A stretch of DNA of 64,000 nucleotides, taken from NCBI GenBank assembly GCA_963804805.1, contig CAWDRW010000004.1:264118-328117 (forward strand), given 5' to 3'. The notes under the pieces are model-generated. The model saw only the letters and a program-made list of their open reading frames with translations. It was not told where the DNA came from and searched no databases. The DNA comes from an uncultured beta proteobacterium (lineage in GTDB: Bacteria > Pseudomonadota > Gammaproteobacteria > Burkholderiales > Rhodocyclaceae). Of this stretch, positions 1-11,471 are shown one piece after another. The position numbers were made by a program, and so were the translations under genes. Every line of letters begins with the position of its first letter. Position 1 is the first letter of the stretch.

Positions 1-916
<916 letters not shown>

Positions 917-1207
917 TTAGAGCTCAACTACGCCCATGATGTCTTCTTCACGCATGACCAGCAGCTCGTCGCCATCGACCTTGACGGTCTGGCCGGAGTA
1001 CTTGCCGAACAATACGCGGTCGCCGACCTTGAGCGACATCGGGCGAACCTTGCCGTCGTCCTGAATCTTGCCGGTGCCGACGGCGGTGACCTCACCCTGA
1101 TCGGGCTTCTCGGCGGCGTTGTCGGGAATCACGATGCCGGAAGCGGTTTTCTTCTCTTCTTCGAGACGCTTGACGATAACGCGATCATGCAAAGGACGAA
1201 TTTTCAT
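917..1207 (-). CDS. groS: Co-chaperonin GroES
   Basis: [35 protein letters not shown]... Confidence 0.99.
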   Translation of the reverse strand: MKIRPLHDRVIVKRLEEEKKTASGIVIPDNAAEKPDQGEVTAVGTGKIQDDGKVRPMSLKVGDRVLFGKYSGQTVKVDGDELLVMREEDIMGVVEL

Positions 1208-1293
1208 GGGGTTGATCTCCTCTAAACTGGGTTGGAACAGGAAAAAGCCGGTGCGGCAGCGCCGCAGCTCTGAATCGGGCGAGGGCTAAATTA

Positions 1294-1320
1294 TTAGCAC
1301 TCATCGCCAACGAGTGCTAA
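1294..1320. promoter_or_regulatory. CIRCE element (HrcA operator)
   Basis: TTAGCACTC-atcgccaac-GAGTGCTAA, exact consensus, upstream of groES. Confidence 0.95.
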
Positions 1321-1349
1321 TAATAGGGCCAAAAGGCCTGTTCTTCAAG
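1321..1349 (-). promoter_or_regulatory. Putative sigma32 promoter of groESL
   Basis: Minus strand reads CTTGAA...CCCTATTA, close to the RpoH consensus, directly upstream of CIRCE. Confidence 0.6.
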
Positions 1350-1462
1350 GGGGCGATGGAAATTTTATCGACTCGGCCTGAATCGGGACACGATCAGGAA
1401 GGCGCGGACCGCCGCCCTGGTGCAGTGTTGCCGGCAAAGCGCAGCTCGCGGGTCAATGTTTG

Positions 1463-1676
1463 GTCATTCCCGCGAAATCTGGAATCCAGCGACCTTAACC
1501 GAGAAAAAGCCTGGATTCCCGCGTTCGCGGGAATGGCGACGGGCCGGGTCAATCGCCGTAGCGCCAGCGCCGACTTTTCACGTCGCCGCCCATGGCAAGC
1601 CGTCATTCCGGCGTATGCCGGAATCCAGCGGCCTTCGCGGAGAAACACTCTGGATTACCGCTTGCGCGGCAACGAC
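1463..1676. repeat. Cluster of four REP-like palindromes (two inverted pairs)
   Basis: GTCATTCC(C/G)GCG-n3-GC(C/G)GGAATCCAG-type units at ~1463, 1511, 1602, 1650. Confidence 0.85.
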
Positions 1677-1712
1677 GGGAAGGCTTTTCAATGCTCCGAC
1701 ATCAGCGCTTCC

Positions 1713-2108
1713 CTAGCCGGGAGGCAGCTCGCGCTTGCTACCGTCGTCGTTGATCGCGACATAGGTCAGCTGCGCCTCGGTGACCTTGACCACCACCGGA
1801 TTGGCCGGATGGCGCTCGGCATAGACCTGGACATCGACGGTGATCGACGTCCTGCCGACCTTCACCACCTCGGCGTAGAAGCTGACGATGTCGCCGACCG
1901 AGATCGGCTGCTTGAAGAGAAAGGAATTGACCGCCACGGTGACGATGCGGCCACGCGCCCGGCGTAGGGCGGGGATCGCACCGGCGACGTCGGCCTGCGC
2001 CATGACCCAGCCGCCGAAGATGTCGCCGTTGGGGTTCATGTCGGCCGGCATCGGCACCACCCGCAGCACCGGCTCACGGCCCGGCATGAGCACGCCCTGG
2101 TGGGACAT
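1713..2108 (-). CDS. Acyl-CoA thioesterase (YciA-like hotdog fold)
   Basis: PMPADMNPNGDIFGGWVMAQAD motif; ATG overlaps upstream stop. Confidence 0.9.
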   Translation of the reverse strand: MSHQGVLMPGREPVLRVVPMPADMNPNGDIFGGWVMAQADVAGAIPALRRARGRIVTVAVNSFLFKQPISVGDIVSFYAEVVKVGRTSITVDVQVYAERHPANPVVVKVTEAQLTYVAINDDGSKRELPPG

Positions 2109-4075
2109 CAGTGCCCTCCGCTCTTCAGATAGTTCATCGGACCGCCAGTATAGGGCGCAAAGCCGGTGCCGAAGATCACGCCGGCGTCGGCCAGTTCCGC
2201 ATCGGCGACGACGCCGTCCTTGACCAGGCGCTGCGTGGCGGCCAGCAGGGGCCGCAGCATGCGATCGGCCAAAGCCGCCGCATCGCCGGCAGCCTGTCCT
2301 GAGCCTGTCGAAGGGCCGACTCTTCTGCGCCTTGCCATCCACCCAGGTGTAGAAGCCCTGGCCGGATTTCTTGCCGAGCTTGCCGGCCTCGAACAGTTCC
2401 ACCAGCTTCTTCGGCGGCACGGCGTCGGCCACCAGTTGCTTGCCGGCGTGCACCGCGACGTCGAGGCCGACGGTGTCGGCCAGTTCGATCGGGCCCATGG
2501 GCATGCCGAAGGCGACCAGCGCCGCATCGATGGTCTCGGGCGCGATGCCCTCGTCCACGCAGCTTCATCGCCTCGTGCATGTAGGGGCCGAGCACGGCAT
2601 TGACCAGGAAGCCCGGCGCGTCCTTCACCGGCAGCGGCAGCTTGTCGATCTTGCGCACGAAGGCGGCCGCCTTCTGCGCCGCTTCGGGCGAGGTACGCTC
2701 GCCGGCCACCACCTCGACCAGCGGCATCATCGCCACCGGGTTGAAGAAGTGGATGCCGACCAGGCGCGAGGGATCCTTGAACGTCGCCGCGATGTCGGCA
2801 AGTTTCAGCGAGGAGGTGTTCGAGGCGATCACGGCCTCGGGTTTGGCCCGCGCCTCGATGTCGGCGAACAGCGCCTGCTTGGCTTCGAGGTTTTCGAAAA
2901 TCGCCTCGATGATGACGTCGGCCTGGCGCACGCCATCGCCCTTCGGATCGGCGATCAGGCGGTCGAGCGCGAAACGGGCCAGCTTCTTGTCGCGCAGTTT
3001 CTTCTCGAAAAACTTCGCGGCGCGCCCCACCGCCGGCGCGATGCGTTCCACGCTCTGGTCCTGCAACGTCACGGTCATGCCGCGCAGCACGCACCATGCC
3101 GCGATGTCGCCGCCCATGACGCCGGCGCCGACGACATGCACGCGCTGCGGTGCAAACGCTTTGGCATCCTTGCCGAAACCCTTGAGCCGGTCCTGCAGGA
3201 AGAAGACGCGGATCAGGTTGCGCGTGGTCGCGGAGTTGATCAGGGCATCGATCGAGGTCGGCTTCCCGGCCGGCACCGCCAGCGTGTTGCCGCCGTAGTT
3301 CTGCCACTGGTCGATGATGGCGTAGGGCGCTGGATAGTGTTCCTGGCGCGCGCGTTTCGCCACCTGCTTCTTCGCACCGTCGGCGACGAAGCCCTTGAGC
3401 GGGCCGTTCATCAGCTTCTGCAGCAAAGGCAGTTGCGTCTGGCGCGGCGGCTTGCCGGACAGCACCAGCATGCGCGCGGCGTTTTCCATGACGCGCGGCG
3501 GCACGCATTCGTCGGCGAGGCCCATTTTCTTCGCCCGTTTGGCGTCGATGTTCTTGCCGGTCAGCATCATGTCCAGCGCCGCGGCGGGGCCGACGATCTG
3601 CGGCAGGCGCAGCATGCCGCCCCAGCCGGGAACGATGCCGAGCATGACTTCGGGCAGCGCGAACTTGGTGCCGGGCTCATCGACCGCGATGCGGTAGCGG
3701 CAGGCCAGCGCCAGCTCCGTGCCGCCGCCCATGCAGTGGCCGCGCACCAGCGCCAGCGTCGGGTACTTGACGGCGGCGAGGCGGTTGTAGGCGTCCCAGC
3801 CGCGCTGGATCAGGGCGCGGGCCTTCTGCGGCGTGTCGGCCGTGGTGAATTCCTCGATGTTGGCGCCGGCGATGAAACCGGCCTCCTTGGCCGACTTGAA
3901 GATCAGCCCCTTGGGCGGATTCTTCTCGCATTCGTCGAGCAGCAGGCCGAGCTCGGTCCATCACTTCCGCGCCCAGGGTATTGGTCGAGGAGTCCGCGGT
4001 GTCGAGGATGGCCCAGGCCAGGCCCGCATTTGCGTCACCTGTTTCGCGTTCGAGTTTCCAGTGTTGTAGTTGCAT
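2108..4075 (-). CDS. fadJ: Enoyl-CoA hydratase/3-hydroxyacyl-CoA dehydrogenase (FadJ/FadB-like), 3 apparent frameshifts
   Basis: GHCMGGGTELALAC, LPEVMLGIVPGWGG, VVGAGVMGGDIA, GIHFFNP, GMPMGP motifs spread over four segments (shifts near 3957, 2560, 2320). Confidence 0.85.
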
Positions 4076-4112
4076 TATGAAAAGCCTTCCAGATTGACCC
4101 TGCAGTTCAACT

Positions 4113-4210
4113 CGTCCCCGGATCGAGTCCGGGGCAGGCTATTCCGGCGAAAGCCGGAATCCAGGGAATTTCGGGCGCGGTTTCTGGATTCCGGCTTTCG
4201 CCGGAATGAC
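4113..4210. repeat. REP-like palindrome cluster between fadI and fadJ
   Basis: CCCCGGATCGAGTCCGGGG hairpin plus ATTCCGGCGAAAGCCGGAATCCAG / CTGGATTCCGGCTTTCGCCGGAATGAC pair. Confidence 0.85.
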
Positions 4211-4234
4211 GGACGAAAATGGTCTGCCCGGGCA

Positions 4235-5525
4235 TCAAACAGCCTCCACCAGAACCGCGCCGCCCTGACCGCCGCCGATGCAGATGCTGGCGATGCCGCG
4301 CTGCTTCTTCTCGCGACGCAGGATGTGCAGCAGGTGCAGCACGATGCGCGCGCCCGAGGCGCCGACCGGATGGCCGAGCGCGATGGCGCCGCCATCGACA
4401 TTCAGTTTTGCCGCATCCAGCGTGCCGAGCGGCGCAGCCAGACCGAGCTGTTCCTTGCAGTAGGCCGGGTCTTCCCAGGCCTTGATGCAGCCCATGCACC
4501 TGGGCGGCGAAGGCTTCGTTGATTTCCCAGTAGTCGAGGTCGTTCAAGCCCAGACCGTGGCGCTGCAGGATCGGCGTCGCCGCATGCACGGGACCGAGGC
4601 CCATCTGCGCCGGATCGAGGCCGGCCCATTGCGTGTCGGTGATCCTGCCGATGGGCTGCAGCTTGTATTTCTCGACGGCCTCGGCAGACGCCAGCAGCAG
4701 CCAGGCCGCGCCGTCGGTGATCTGCGAGCTGTTGCCCGGCGTGATCTTGCCGTAGGTGCGATCGAAGAAGGGCTTGAGCTTGGCCAGCCCGGCGAGGCTC
4801 GAGTCGTGGCGCACGCCGTCGTCATCGAGATAGACCTTGCCGTCCGTGCCGATCAGCGGCACGATTTCCGCGAAGCGGCCGGCCTTCTGCGCCGCCGAGA
4901 CCTTTTGGTGACTTTCGACCGAGAAGGCGTCCATCTGCTGGCGCGAGATGCCGAATTTCCAGGCCAGGTTTTCCGCCGTCTGGCCCATCATGAGATTCAC
5001 CACCGGATCGGTGAGGCCCTTGACGATGCCGATTACCGGGCTCAGGAGCGCGCCCAGGCGCAGTTTGGCGAACATGCCGAGTTTGGCGCCGAGGCTGCGC
5101 GCCTGCGCCATCATCGAAAACCACATCACCATCTTGTCCGAATAGAGCAGCGGCGTACGCGACAGGGCATCGACGCCGCCGGCCAGCACCAGTTGCGAGC
5201 GCCCGTTCTGGATGTTGGCGATGGCCGAGTCCAGCGCCTGCATGCCCGAAGCGCAGTTGCGCATCACCGTCCAGCCTGGCACCTTGTTGCCGCAGCCCAG
5301 ACGCAGCGCGATGACGCGGCCGATGTTCACTTCATCCACGCTGGGGCCGGCGCAGCCGACGATCACCTCGTCGAGATCCTCCGGCGCGAAAGGCTGGCGC
5401 GCCAGCAGCGCGCGGCCGGAAATCGTGGCGAGGTCGGAGGCCGAGAACGGGCCGGGAACGTTGCGCGACTTGAGGAAGGGCGAGCGCGCGCCATCGACGA
5501 TATAGACGGGTTCGAATCGCTTCAT
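4235..5525 (-). CDS. fadI: Acetyl-CoA C-acyltransferase (thiolase, FadI-like), frameshift near 4497
   Basis: [39 protein letters not shown] motifs. Confidence 0.85.
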
Positions 5526-5527
5526 GC

Positions 5528-7904
5528 TCAGGCTACCTTGCGCAGGGTTTCGTTTCGGTTCGGCGTCGTCGGTGTGCCCGGCGCGGCCTGCTCGACGGAG
5601 AAGTCCTGCGGGAAATCGTCGACCGCGATCGCCTTGTCGCGCAGCCGCGCACGGCGCTGCAGCAGCGCATGCTCCTCGGCCGTGATGATGCCGGCTTCGC
5701 GGGCATGGGCCGCCATTTTTGCCGTATCGCCGGCGCCGTCCCGCGGGATACCGCTTTGCATAACTTTTCCATCCTTCCGCGCTTCGCGGATACGCGCCTC
5801 GATCGGCTCGGCGGCCATGGTCGCCTCCAGCGCCAGTTCGACCACGCCGACGGCGTCATCCTCGCTGCGCGGCACATACATGCCGGCGGTGAGGCGGTCG
5901 CGGGTGGCCGAGGGTTCGATCAGCGTGCGCGCCACCTCGTGGCCGAGCTTGTCGGAGGGCACCACGTAGGGCCGCCCGAGCGGGAAGATGTACCAGTGCA
6001 GCAGGCCGGCGATGATGCGGCTCGGGTAGTTCGAGATCACGCCCTCGAAGGCGTTCTGCATCTTGAACATGGCATCCCAGATCGCCCAGTGCATCAGCGG
6101 TGCGTCGGCCGGCCTGGCGGCCCTCGTCCTCGTAGCGCTTGAGCGTGGCGGAACACAGGTACATCAGGGACAGGATGTCGCCCAGGCGCGCCGAGAGCTT
6201 TTCCTTGCGCTTCAGGTCGCCGCCCATGACGAACATGGAGACGTCGGAGATGAAGGCGAAGGCTGCCGAGAAACGCGTCAGTTGCTGGTAGTAGCGACGG
6301 GTTTCGGGCGCCACGCCGGCCGGGGCCGGGCCGAAGTGCGAGCCGGTGAGGCCCATGCTCCAGGCGCGGAAGCCACGGCTCCAGGAAAACCAGAGATGCC
6401 GGGACAAGGCCGCGTCGAAGTCACGCAGACCCTTTGCCGCATCGGGCTCGCGCGCCGCTTCCATTTCCTTCAGCACATAAGGATGGCAGCGGATCGCGCC
6501 CTGGCCGAAGATGATCAGGCTGCGCGTCAGGATGTTGGCGCCCTCGACCGTGATCGCGACCGGCATCTGCTGGTAGGCGCGGCCCATGAAGTTGTTGGGG
6601 CCGAGGCAGATGCCCTTGCCGCCGAGGATATCCATGGCGTCATTCACCACCTGGCGCGTGCGCTCGGTGACGTGGTACTTGACGATGGCCGAGACCACCG
6701 AGGGCTTTTCGCCGAGGTCGATGGCGCCGGCGGTCATGGTGCGCGCCGCGTCCATCATGTAGGTGTAGCCGCCCATGCGCGCCAGCGGCTCTTCGATGCC
6801 TTCGAACTTGCCGATGGCGGTCTTGAACTGGCTGCGGACGCGGGCGTAGCCGCCGGTGGCGCGCACCGCGAGCTTGGCCATGCCGGTGTTCGACGAGGGC
6901 AGCGAGATCGAGCGCCCCGCCGCCAGGCATTCCATGAGCATGCGCCAGCCCTGGCCGGCCATGGCCGGGCCGCCGATGATCCAGTCCAGCGGCATGAAGA
7001 CGTCCTTGCCCGAGTTCGGTCCGTTCTGGAACACGGCATTCAGCGGGAAATGGCGGCGGCCGATGTTCACGCCGGGATGATCGGTCGGCACCAGCGCGCA
7101 GGTGATGCCGATGTCCTCGACGGCGCCGAGCAGGTGCTCGGGGTCCTGCAGGCGGAAGGCCAGGCCGAGGATGCTGCAGATCGGGCCCAGCGTGATGTAG
7201 CGCTTGTCCCAGGTGACGCGCATGCCGATGACTTCCCGGCCCTGCCACTGGCCCTTGCAGACGATGCCGAGGTCGGGAATCGAGGCGGCGTCCGAGCCGG
7301 CCTGCGGGTTGGTCAGGGCGAAGGCGGGAATCTCCAGACCCTTGGCCAGGCGCGGCAGGTAGTAGTCCTTCTGTGCCTCGGTGCCGTAATGCAACAGCAG
7401 TTCGGCCGGGCCGAGCGAGTTGGGCACCATGACCGAAACGGCCGCCACCGAGCAGTGCGTTGACAATTTCTGCACCACCGCCGAATGCGCAAAAGCGGAG
7501 AACTCGAGTCCGCCATAGCGCTTCGGGATGATCATGCCGAGGAAGCCCTTTTCCTTGATCTAGGCCCAGACCTCGGGCGGCAGGTCGTGGTGGATCTGTG
7601 TGGTGTCCCAGTCCTTCGTCATGGCGCACAGCGCTTCGCATTCGTTGTCGACGAAGGATTGCTCCGCCGCGGTGAGCTTCGGCTGCGGATAGTCCAGCAG
7701 TTTCTGCCAGGCCGGCTTGCCGGAGAACAGCTCGCCCTCCCACCAGACGGTGCCGGCTTCCAGCGCCTCCTTCTCGGTCTGCGACATGGCCGGCAGCAGT
7801 TTCTTGTAGGCGGCGAACATCGGGCCCGTCAGCACGGCACGGCGCAGGGGCGGCAGGAACAGCACGGCGGCCGTTGCTGCGATCAGTATCAATAACCAGG
7901 TCAT
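5528..7904 (-). CDS. fadE: Acyl-CoA dehydrogenase FadE, with in-frame TAG at 7560-7562 and frameshift near 6110
   Basis: [45 protein letters not shown]; C-terminal FadE extension. Confidence 0.9.
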
Positions 7905-7929
7905 GGCAATCTCCTTTTCTGATTTGCCG

Positions 7930-8634
7930 TCAGGCGGCGCGTTTGGCGCGCGGCTTCCTGGCGGGTTTGGCGACAGGTTTGGCAACTACGTCGGGCAGCG
8001 GCGCGCGCAGGCCGCCGATGAGGAAGCTCATCAGCCGGGCATACAGCGCCTCGGGGTCGGAATCTTCGATGGGGCCCAGCATGCGCAGGGCGTCGGCGCC
8101 GGAAATCGCGTAGGACAGGGCGCCCATCATGAAATGGAAGCGCCAGAGGAATTCCTCCTGCGGCACGTCGGGCAGGGCCTTGAAAAAAGCCGCCTTGAAG
8201 CGCGCGATGACTTCGGCGTATTCCTCGGCGAGGAAGGTGCGCACGAAATCGGTCGGCTCGGTGTAGGTGCGGCCCAGCAGGCGCATGAAAGTCTGTCCGC
8301 CGTTCCTGTCGGCGGCCATGCGGATCGCCACGCCGAAGAAGGCCTCGACGATCTGCCGCGGCTTCAGCGGCGCGCCTTTGGCCTCCGCCTCGAAGGCGTC
8401 CAGCGCCGCGATGCGCTGCTCGTTGAGCCAGGTCAGGCGGCGGCGGAACACGGCCTCGATCAGCGCCTCCTTCGAGCCGAAGTGGTAATTCACCGCAGCG
8501 AGGTTGGCCTGCGCCGCGGCGGTGATCATGCGCAGCGTGGTGGCCTCCAGGCCATGCTGCACCAGGAGCTCTTCGGCGGCGTCGAGAATGCGCGAACGGG
8601 TATCGGTTTCCACGGGGGAAGGAGCCTCAGGCAA
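7930..8634 (-). CDS. TetR-family regulator, PsrA-like
   Basis: TRSRILDAAEELL...ANLAAVNYHFGSKEAL HTH; heads fad operon; start may be GTG at 8613. Confidence 0.85.
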   Translation of the reverse strand: MPEAPSPVETDTRSRILDAAEELLVQHGLEATTLRMITAAAQANLAAVNYHFGSKEALIEAVFRRRLTWLNEQRIAALDAFEAEAKGAPLKPRQIVEAFFGVAIRMAADRNGGQTFMRLLGRTYTEPTDFVRTFLAEEYAEVIARFKAAFFKALPDVPQEEFLWRFHFMMGALSYAISGADALRMLGPIEDSDPEALYARLMSFLIGGLRAPLPDVVAKPVAKPARKPRAKRAA

Positions 8635-8660
8635 ACGTTGGTTTCAAACGAACGTTTTAA
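8631..8660. promoter_or_regulatory. PsrA-type operator boxes
   Basis: TTCAAACGAACGTTTTAA (8643-8660) and CAAAC-gttg-GTTTC (8632-8645) resemble the C/GAAAC-N2-4-GTTTG/C motif. Confidence 0.65.
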
Positions 8661-8860
8661 TCCTGACATCCGAAAGGAGCGCCGTCAAGAGGAAGCACTC
8701 TAATTTTGCCCCTGCGGAGTGGGCTAAGCCCGCAAACGACGCGGGCAAAGCCACTCCGGATAATTTCATGACGCAGTGCCGCAAACCGCCGTGCCACCGG
8801 CGCCGACTTCCGGACTTCAGACAAATCGGACTATGCCGGGACCCGCCCCGCCGGCCCCGC

Positions 8861-9355
8861 TCAGGACTTGGAGCGGCGTGCGCCGTCGAGCCGGCGCCAC
8901 TGGCCGGGTGGCTTGGGCCTGCCCACGGCGGCCTTGGGCCTGGGCACCAGCATGTTGCGGCCCGGGCCCTTGAGGAAGGTCCGGTGCGCCAGGATCGCTG
9001 CACTCACCTGCTCCGTCGCCAGCCGGATGGCCACACCGTCGGCCTTCGGCATGTAGCCGGCAAGCTCCTGCCGGACGGCGAGCAGGCGCTCGGGCGTTTC
9101 GGCCTTTTTCCTGTAACGCACGCCGCCCATGAGCTCCAGCGCCTGCGGCGTCAGCGTGAAGCCGCCCGCCGCCTCGCCGATCAGGCCGTGCGTCGAGAGC
9201 CGCAGAAACGCCGCAACCAGATCCACGTCGAGAGGAATCGAACCCTGCAGCAGGTCCGCCGCCGCCATGATTTCCGCGAGTTGCGCGGGCCGCCGCTTGG
9301 ACGCCAGCGCCGTGGCAAGCAGAAGAAGTGCATCCACATCGTGGATAGGGTGCAT
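8861..9355 (-). CDS. Hypothetical protein, possible winged-helix fold
   Basis: MHPIHDVDALLLLATALASKRRPAQLAEIMAAADL..., fits the minus-strand gene run. Confidence 0.65.
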   Translation of the reverse strand: MHPIHDVDALLLLATALASKRRPAQLAEIMAAADLLQGSIPLDVDLVAAFLRLSTHGLIGEAAGGFTLTPQALELMGGVRYRKKAETPERLLAVRQELAGYMPKADGVAIRLATEQVSAAILAHRTFLKGPGRNMLVPRPKAAVGRPKPPGQWRRLDGARRSKS

Positions 9356-9399
9356 GCAATGGCCTTTGAATGAAGTGCAACAGGAGCCGACAGGCCACC

Positions 9400-9879
9400 T
9401 TAACCGGAAACCAGCACCACAGGCTCGATCGACACCGGAAAGTTCAGCGAGTTGGCGATGAAGCACAGGCGGTGCGCCTCCTCATGCAAGGCCGTTGCGA
9501 GCGCCGCATCTCCGCCCGCCGCCAGCGTCGCCACCGGGCGCAGCACCGCCTGCGTAAAGCGCCCGCCGCCGCCGGCATCCTCCACCATGGTGCCCAGCGC
9601 ATCGTCATGGTAGGCCAGCACCGTAACTTTCGCCTGCGCGCACAGGTGCAGGTACCACAGCATGTGGCAGGACGACAGCGAAGCGACCAGCAGGTCCTCC
9701 GGGTTCCAGCGCGTGGCGTCGCCGCGAAACGCCGGATCGGACGAGCCCGCCAGGTCCGGCCGGCCCGCCGCCGAAATCACATGGTCGCGCGAGTAGGCGC
9801 GGTAGCTGGCGGTGCCTTCGCCCACGCTCCCGGTCCATTCGGTGCGGGTGGAATAGCTGTGTTGCTTGTCGTGGGACAT
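9400..9879 (-). CDS. OsmC/Ohr family protein
   Basis: GSSDPAFRGD, NPEDLLVASLSSCHMLWYL, AHRLCFIANS. Confidence 0.92.
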   Translation of the reverse strand: MSHDKQHSYSTRTEWTGSVGEGTASYRAYSRDHVISAAGRPDLAGSSDPAFRGDATRWNPEDLLVASLSSCHMLWYLHLCAQAKVTVLAYHDDALGTMVEDAGGGGRFTQAVLRPVATLAAGGDAALATALHEEAHRLCFIANSLNFPVSIEPVVLVSG

Positions 9880-9889
9880 GGCAAGGCCC

Positions 9890-10285
9890 TCAGGATGGGG
9901 AATCGGGAAATCGCTGCGCGGAACCATGGCGACGGCGGAACAGCACCCAGCCATAGACCGCAAGATTGATGACAATGACCAGAGCACCGAGCATGTACTG
10001 CAGGCGCTCATCCAGCCCGGCAGGATAAATGATCGGCAGCAGATAGTGCTCGATGAAGCTGCCGGAGTAGCCCGCCTCGCCCGCGGCCCGGCGCAACCCC
10101 TGTTCCAGAGGCGTCAGCGGGCAGATGCCGTGGCGGAATTCGATTGCCGCCGCCCAGGCGACGGCGGGCAGGTGCAGGATCGCGGCCCATTTCCAGCGCA
10201 ACAGCAGAAAGCCGCCGAAACCGACAAAAAGGATGAAGCCGAAATGCAGCATGACAACGCCGTCGGCAAGGAGTCGCTCGATCAT
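9890..10285 (-). CDS. DUF2784-like membrane protein
   Basis: LHLPAVAW...ICPLTPLEQGLRRAAGEAGYSGSFIEHYL. Confidence 0.85.
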   Translation of the reverse strand: MIERLLADGVVMLHFGFILFVGFGGFLLLRWKWAAILHLPAVAWAAAIEFRHGICPLTPLEQGLRRAAGEAGYSGSFIEHYLLPIIYPAGLDERLQYMLGALVIVINLAVYGWVLFRRRHGSAQRFPDSPS

Positions 10286-10469
10286 GGAAATCCAGGGCTG
10301 CTGTTATCCGGGCTCCATTGTTTCACGCCTGCCATTTTCGTGGCCCGACCGGCAGCACATTCCCCCCGGCCGTCAGCGGGCGCCTGGCGTAGAATCTTTC
10401 GGCCAGACCCGCGCAGACCGACTGCGCGGACCTGGTCGATGCGACCCGGGACCGACAAAGGTTGAGAAA

Positions 10470-11396
10470 ATGAACAAGTCATTGATCGTGCTGTTGCTGC
10501 TGATATCACCCGCCGCCATGGCTCAGGGCCGCCTGCCGGCGTGTCCCGCGGCAACCGACGGTCTCTGGACCAACTGTTCCGGACAAGAGCTTGCTCCCAG
10601 CGGCGAAAAATACGTCGGCGACTACCTGAACGGCATGCGCCACGGCCAGGGCAGCTATACATGGCCCGGTGGCGACAAGTATGTCGGTGAATTCAGGAAC
10701 CAGAAGTTCCACGGTCAGGGCGCCCTCACCTTCGCCAATGGCGACAAGTACGTCGGTGAATTCAAGGATGACCAGTTTCACGGAAAAGGCAGCTTTTCCT
10801 CTGCCAAGGGCGACAAGTACGTCGGTGATTTCGTGAACCAGAAGTTCCACGGCCAAGGCACCCTCACCTCCGCCAATGGCGACAAGTACATTGGTGAATT
10901 CAGGGACGACAAGTCTCACGGACAGGGCACGCTGACCTTCGCCAACGGCGACCGATACGTTGGCGAATTCCGGGACGGACAATTTAACGGAAAAGGCACT
11001 TATACCTATGCCGATGGCAGCAAATACATCGGCGAATACAGGGACAACCTGCGCAACGGGCAAGGCACCTATACCTGGGTCAACGGCACCGTATACGTTG
11101 GCGAGTTCAGGGACGGCGCGCGCGCCGGCAAGGCCAGTTTCACCTTTGCCAACGGCGACAAGTACGTCGGGGAGTTCCGCGACGGCAAGTTTCACGGGCA
11201 AGGCACCCTGACCTACGCCAATGGCAGGAAGTACGTGGGGGAATTCAGCGATGACAAATACCACGGCCAGGGCAGCCTGACCTCCTCCAACGGCAACGAA
11301 TACCTCGGCGAGTTCAAGGATGGCAAGCGCAGCGGGGTCGGCACCGAATACCGCGCCGACGGCTCGATCCTCAAATCAGGAATATGGCAGGAATGA
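10470..11396 (+). CDS. Secreted MORN-repeat protein
   Basis: Signal peptide MNKSLIVLLLLISPAAMAQ; eleven 23-aa repeats (NGDKYVGEFxDxKFHGQGTLTxA). Confidence 0.9.
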   Translation: MNKSLIVLLLLISPAAMAQGRLPACPAATDGLWTNCSGQELAPSGEKYVGDYLNGMRHGQGSYTWPGGDKYVGEFRNQKFHGQGALTFANGDKYVGEFKDDQFHGKGSFSSAKGDKYVGDFVNQKFHGQGTLTSANGDKYIGEFRDDKSHGQGTLTFANGDRYVGEFRDGQFNGKGTYTYADGSKYIGEYRDNLRNGQGTYTWVNGTVYVGEFRDGARAGKASFTFANGDKYVGEFRDGKFHGQGTLTYANGRKYVGEFSDDKYHGQGSLTSSNGNEYLGEFKDGKRSGVGTEYRADGSILKSGIWQE

Positions 11397-11471
11397 AGCG
11401 GGGCAAGCCGATGCGGAGCCAGCCCCGCATCAAGCTCGAGGACCGGAAATTCAGGAGGCGTTAAGGAGGTA

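Noticed and set aside
1314-1716. ORFs spanning REP clusters (WIPAFAGMT-type peptides; also near 4070-4400, 33021-33253, 63298)
   Set aside because: These are translations of the palindromic repeats, not genes
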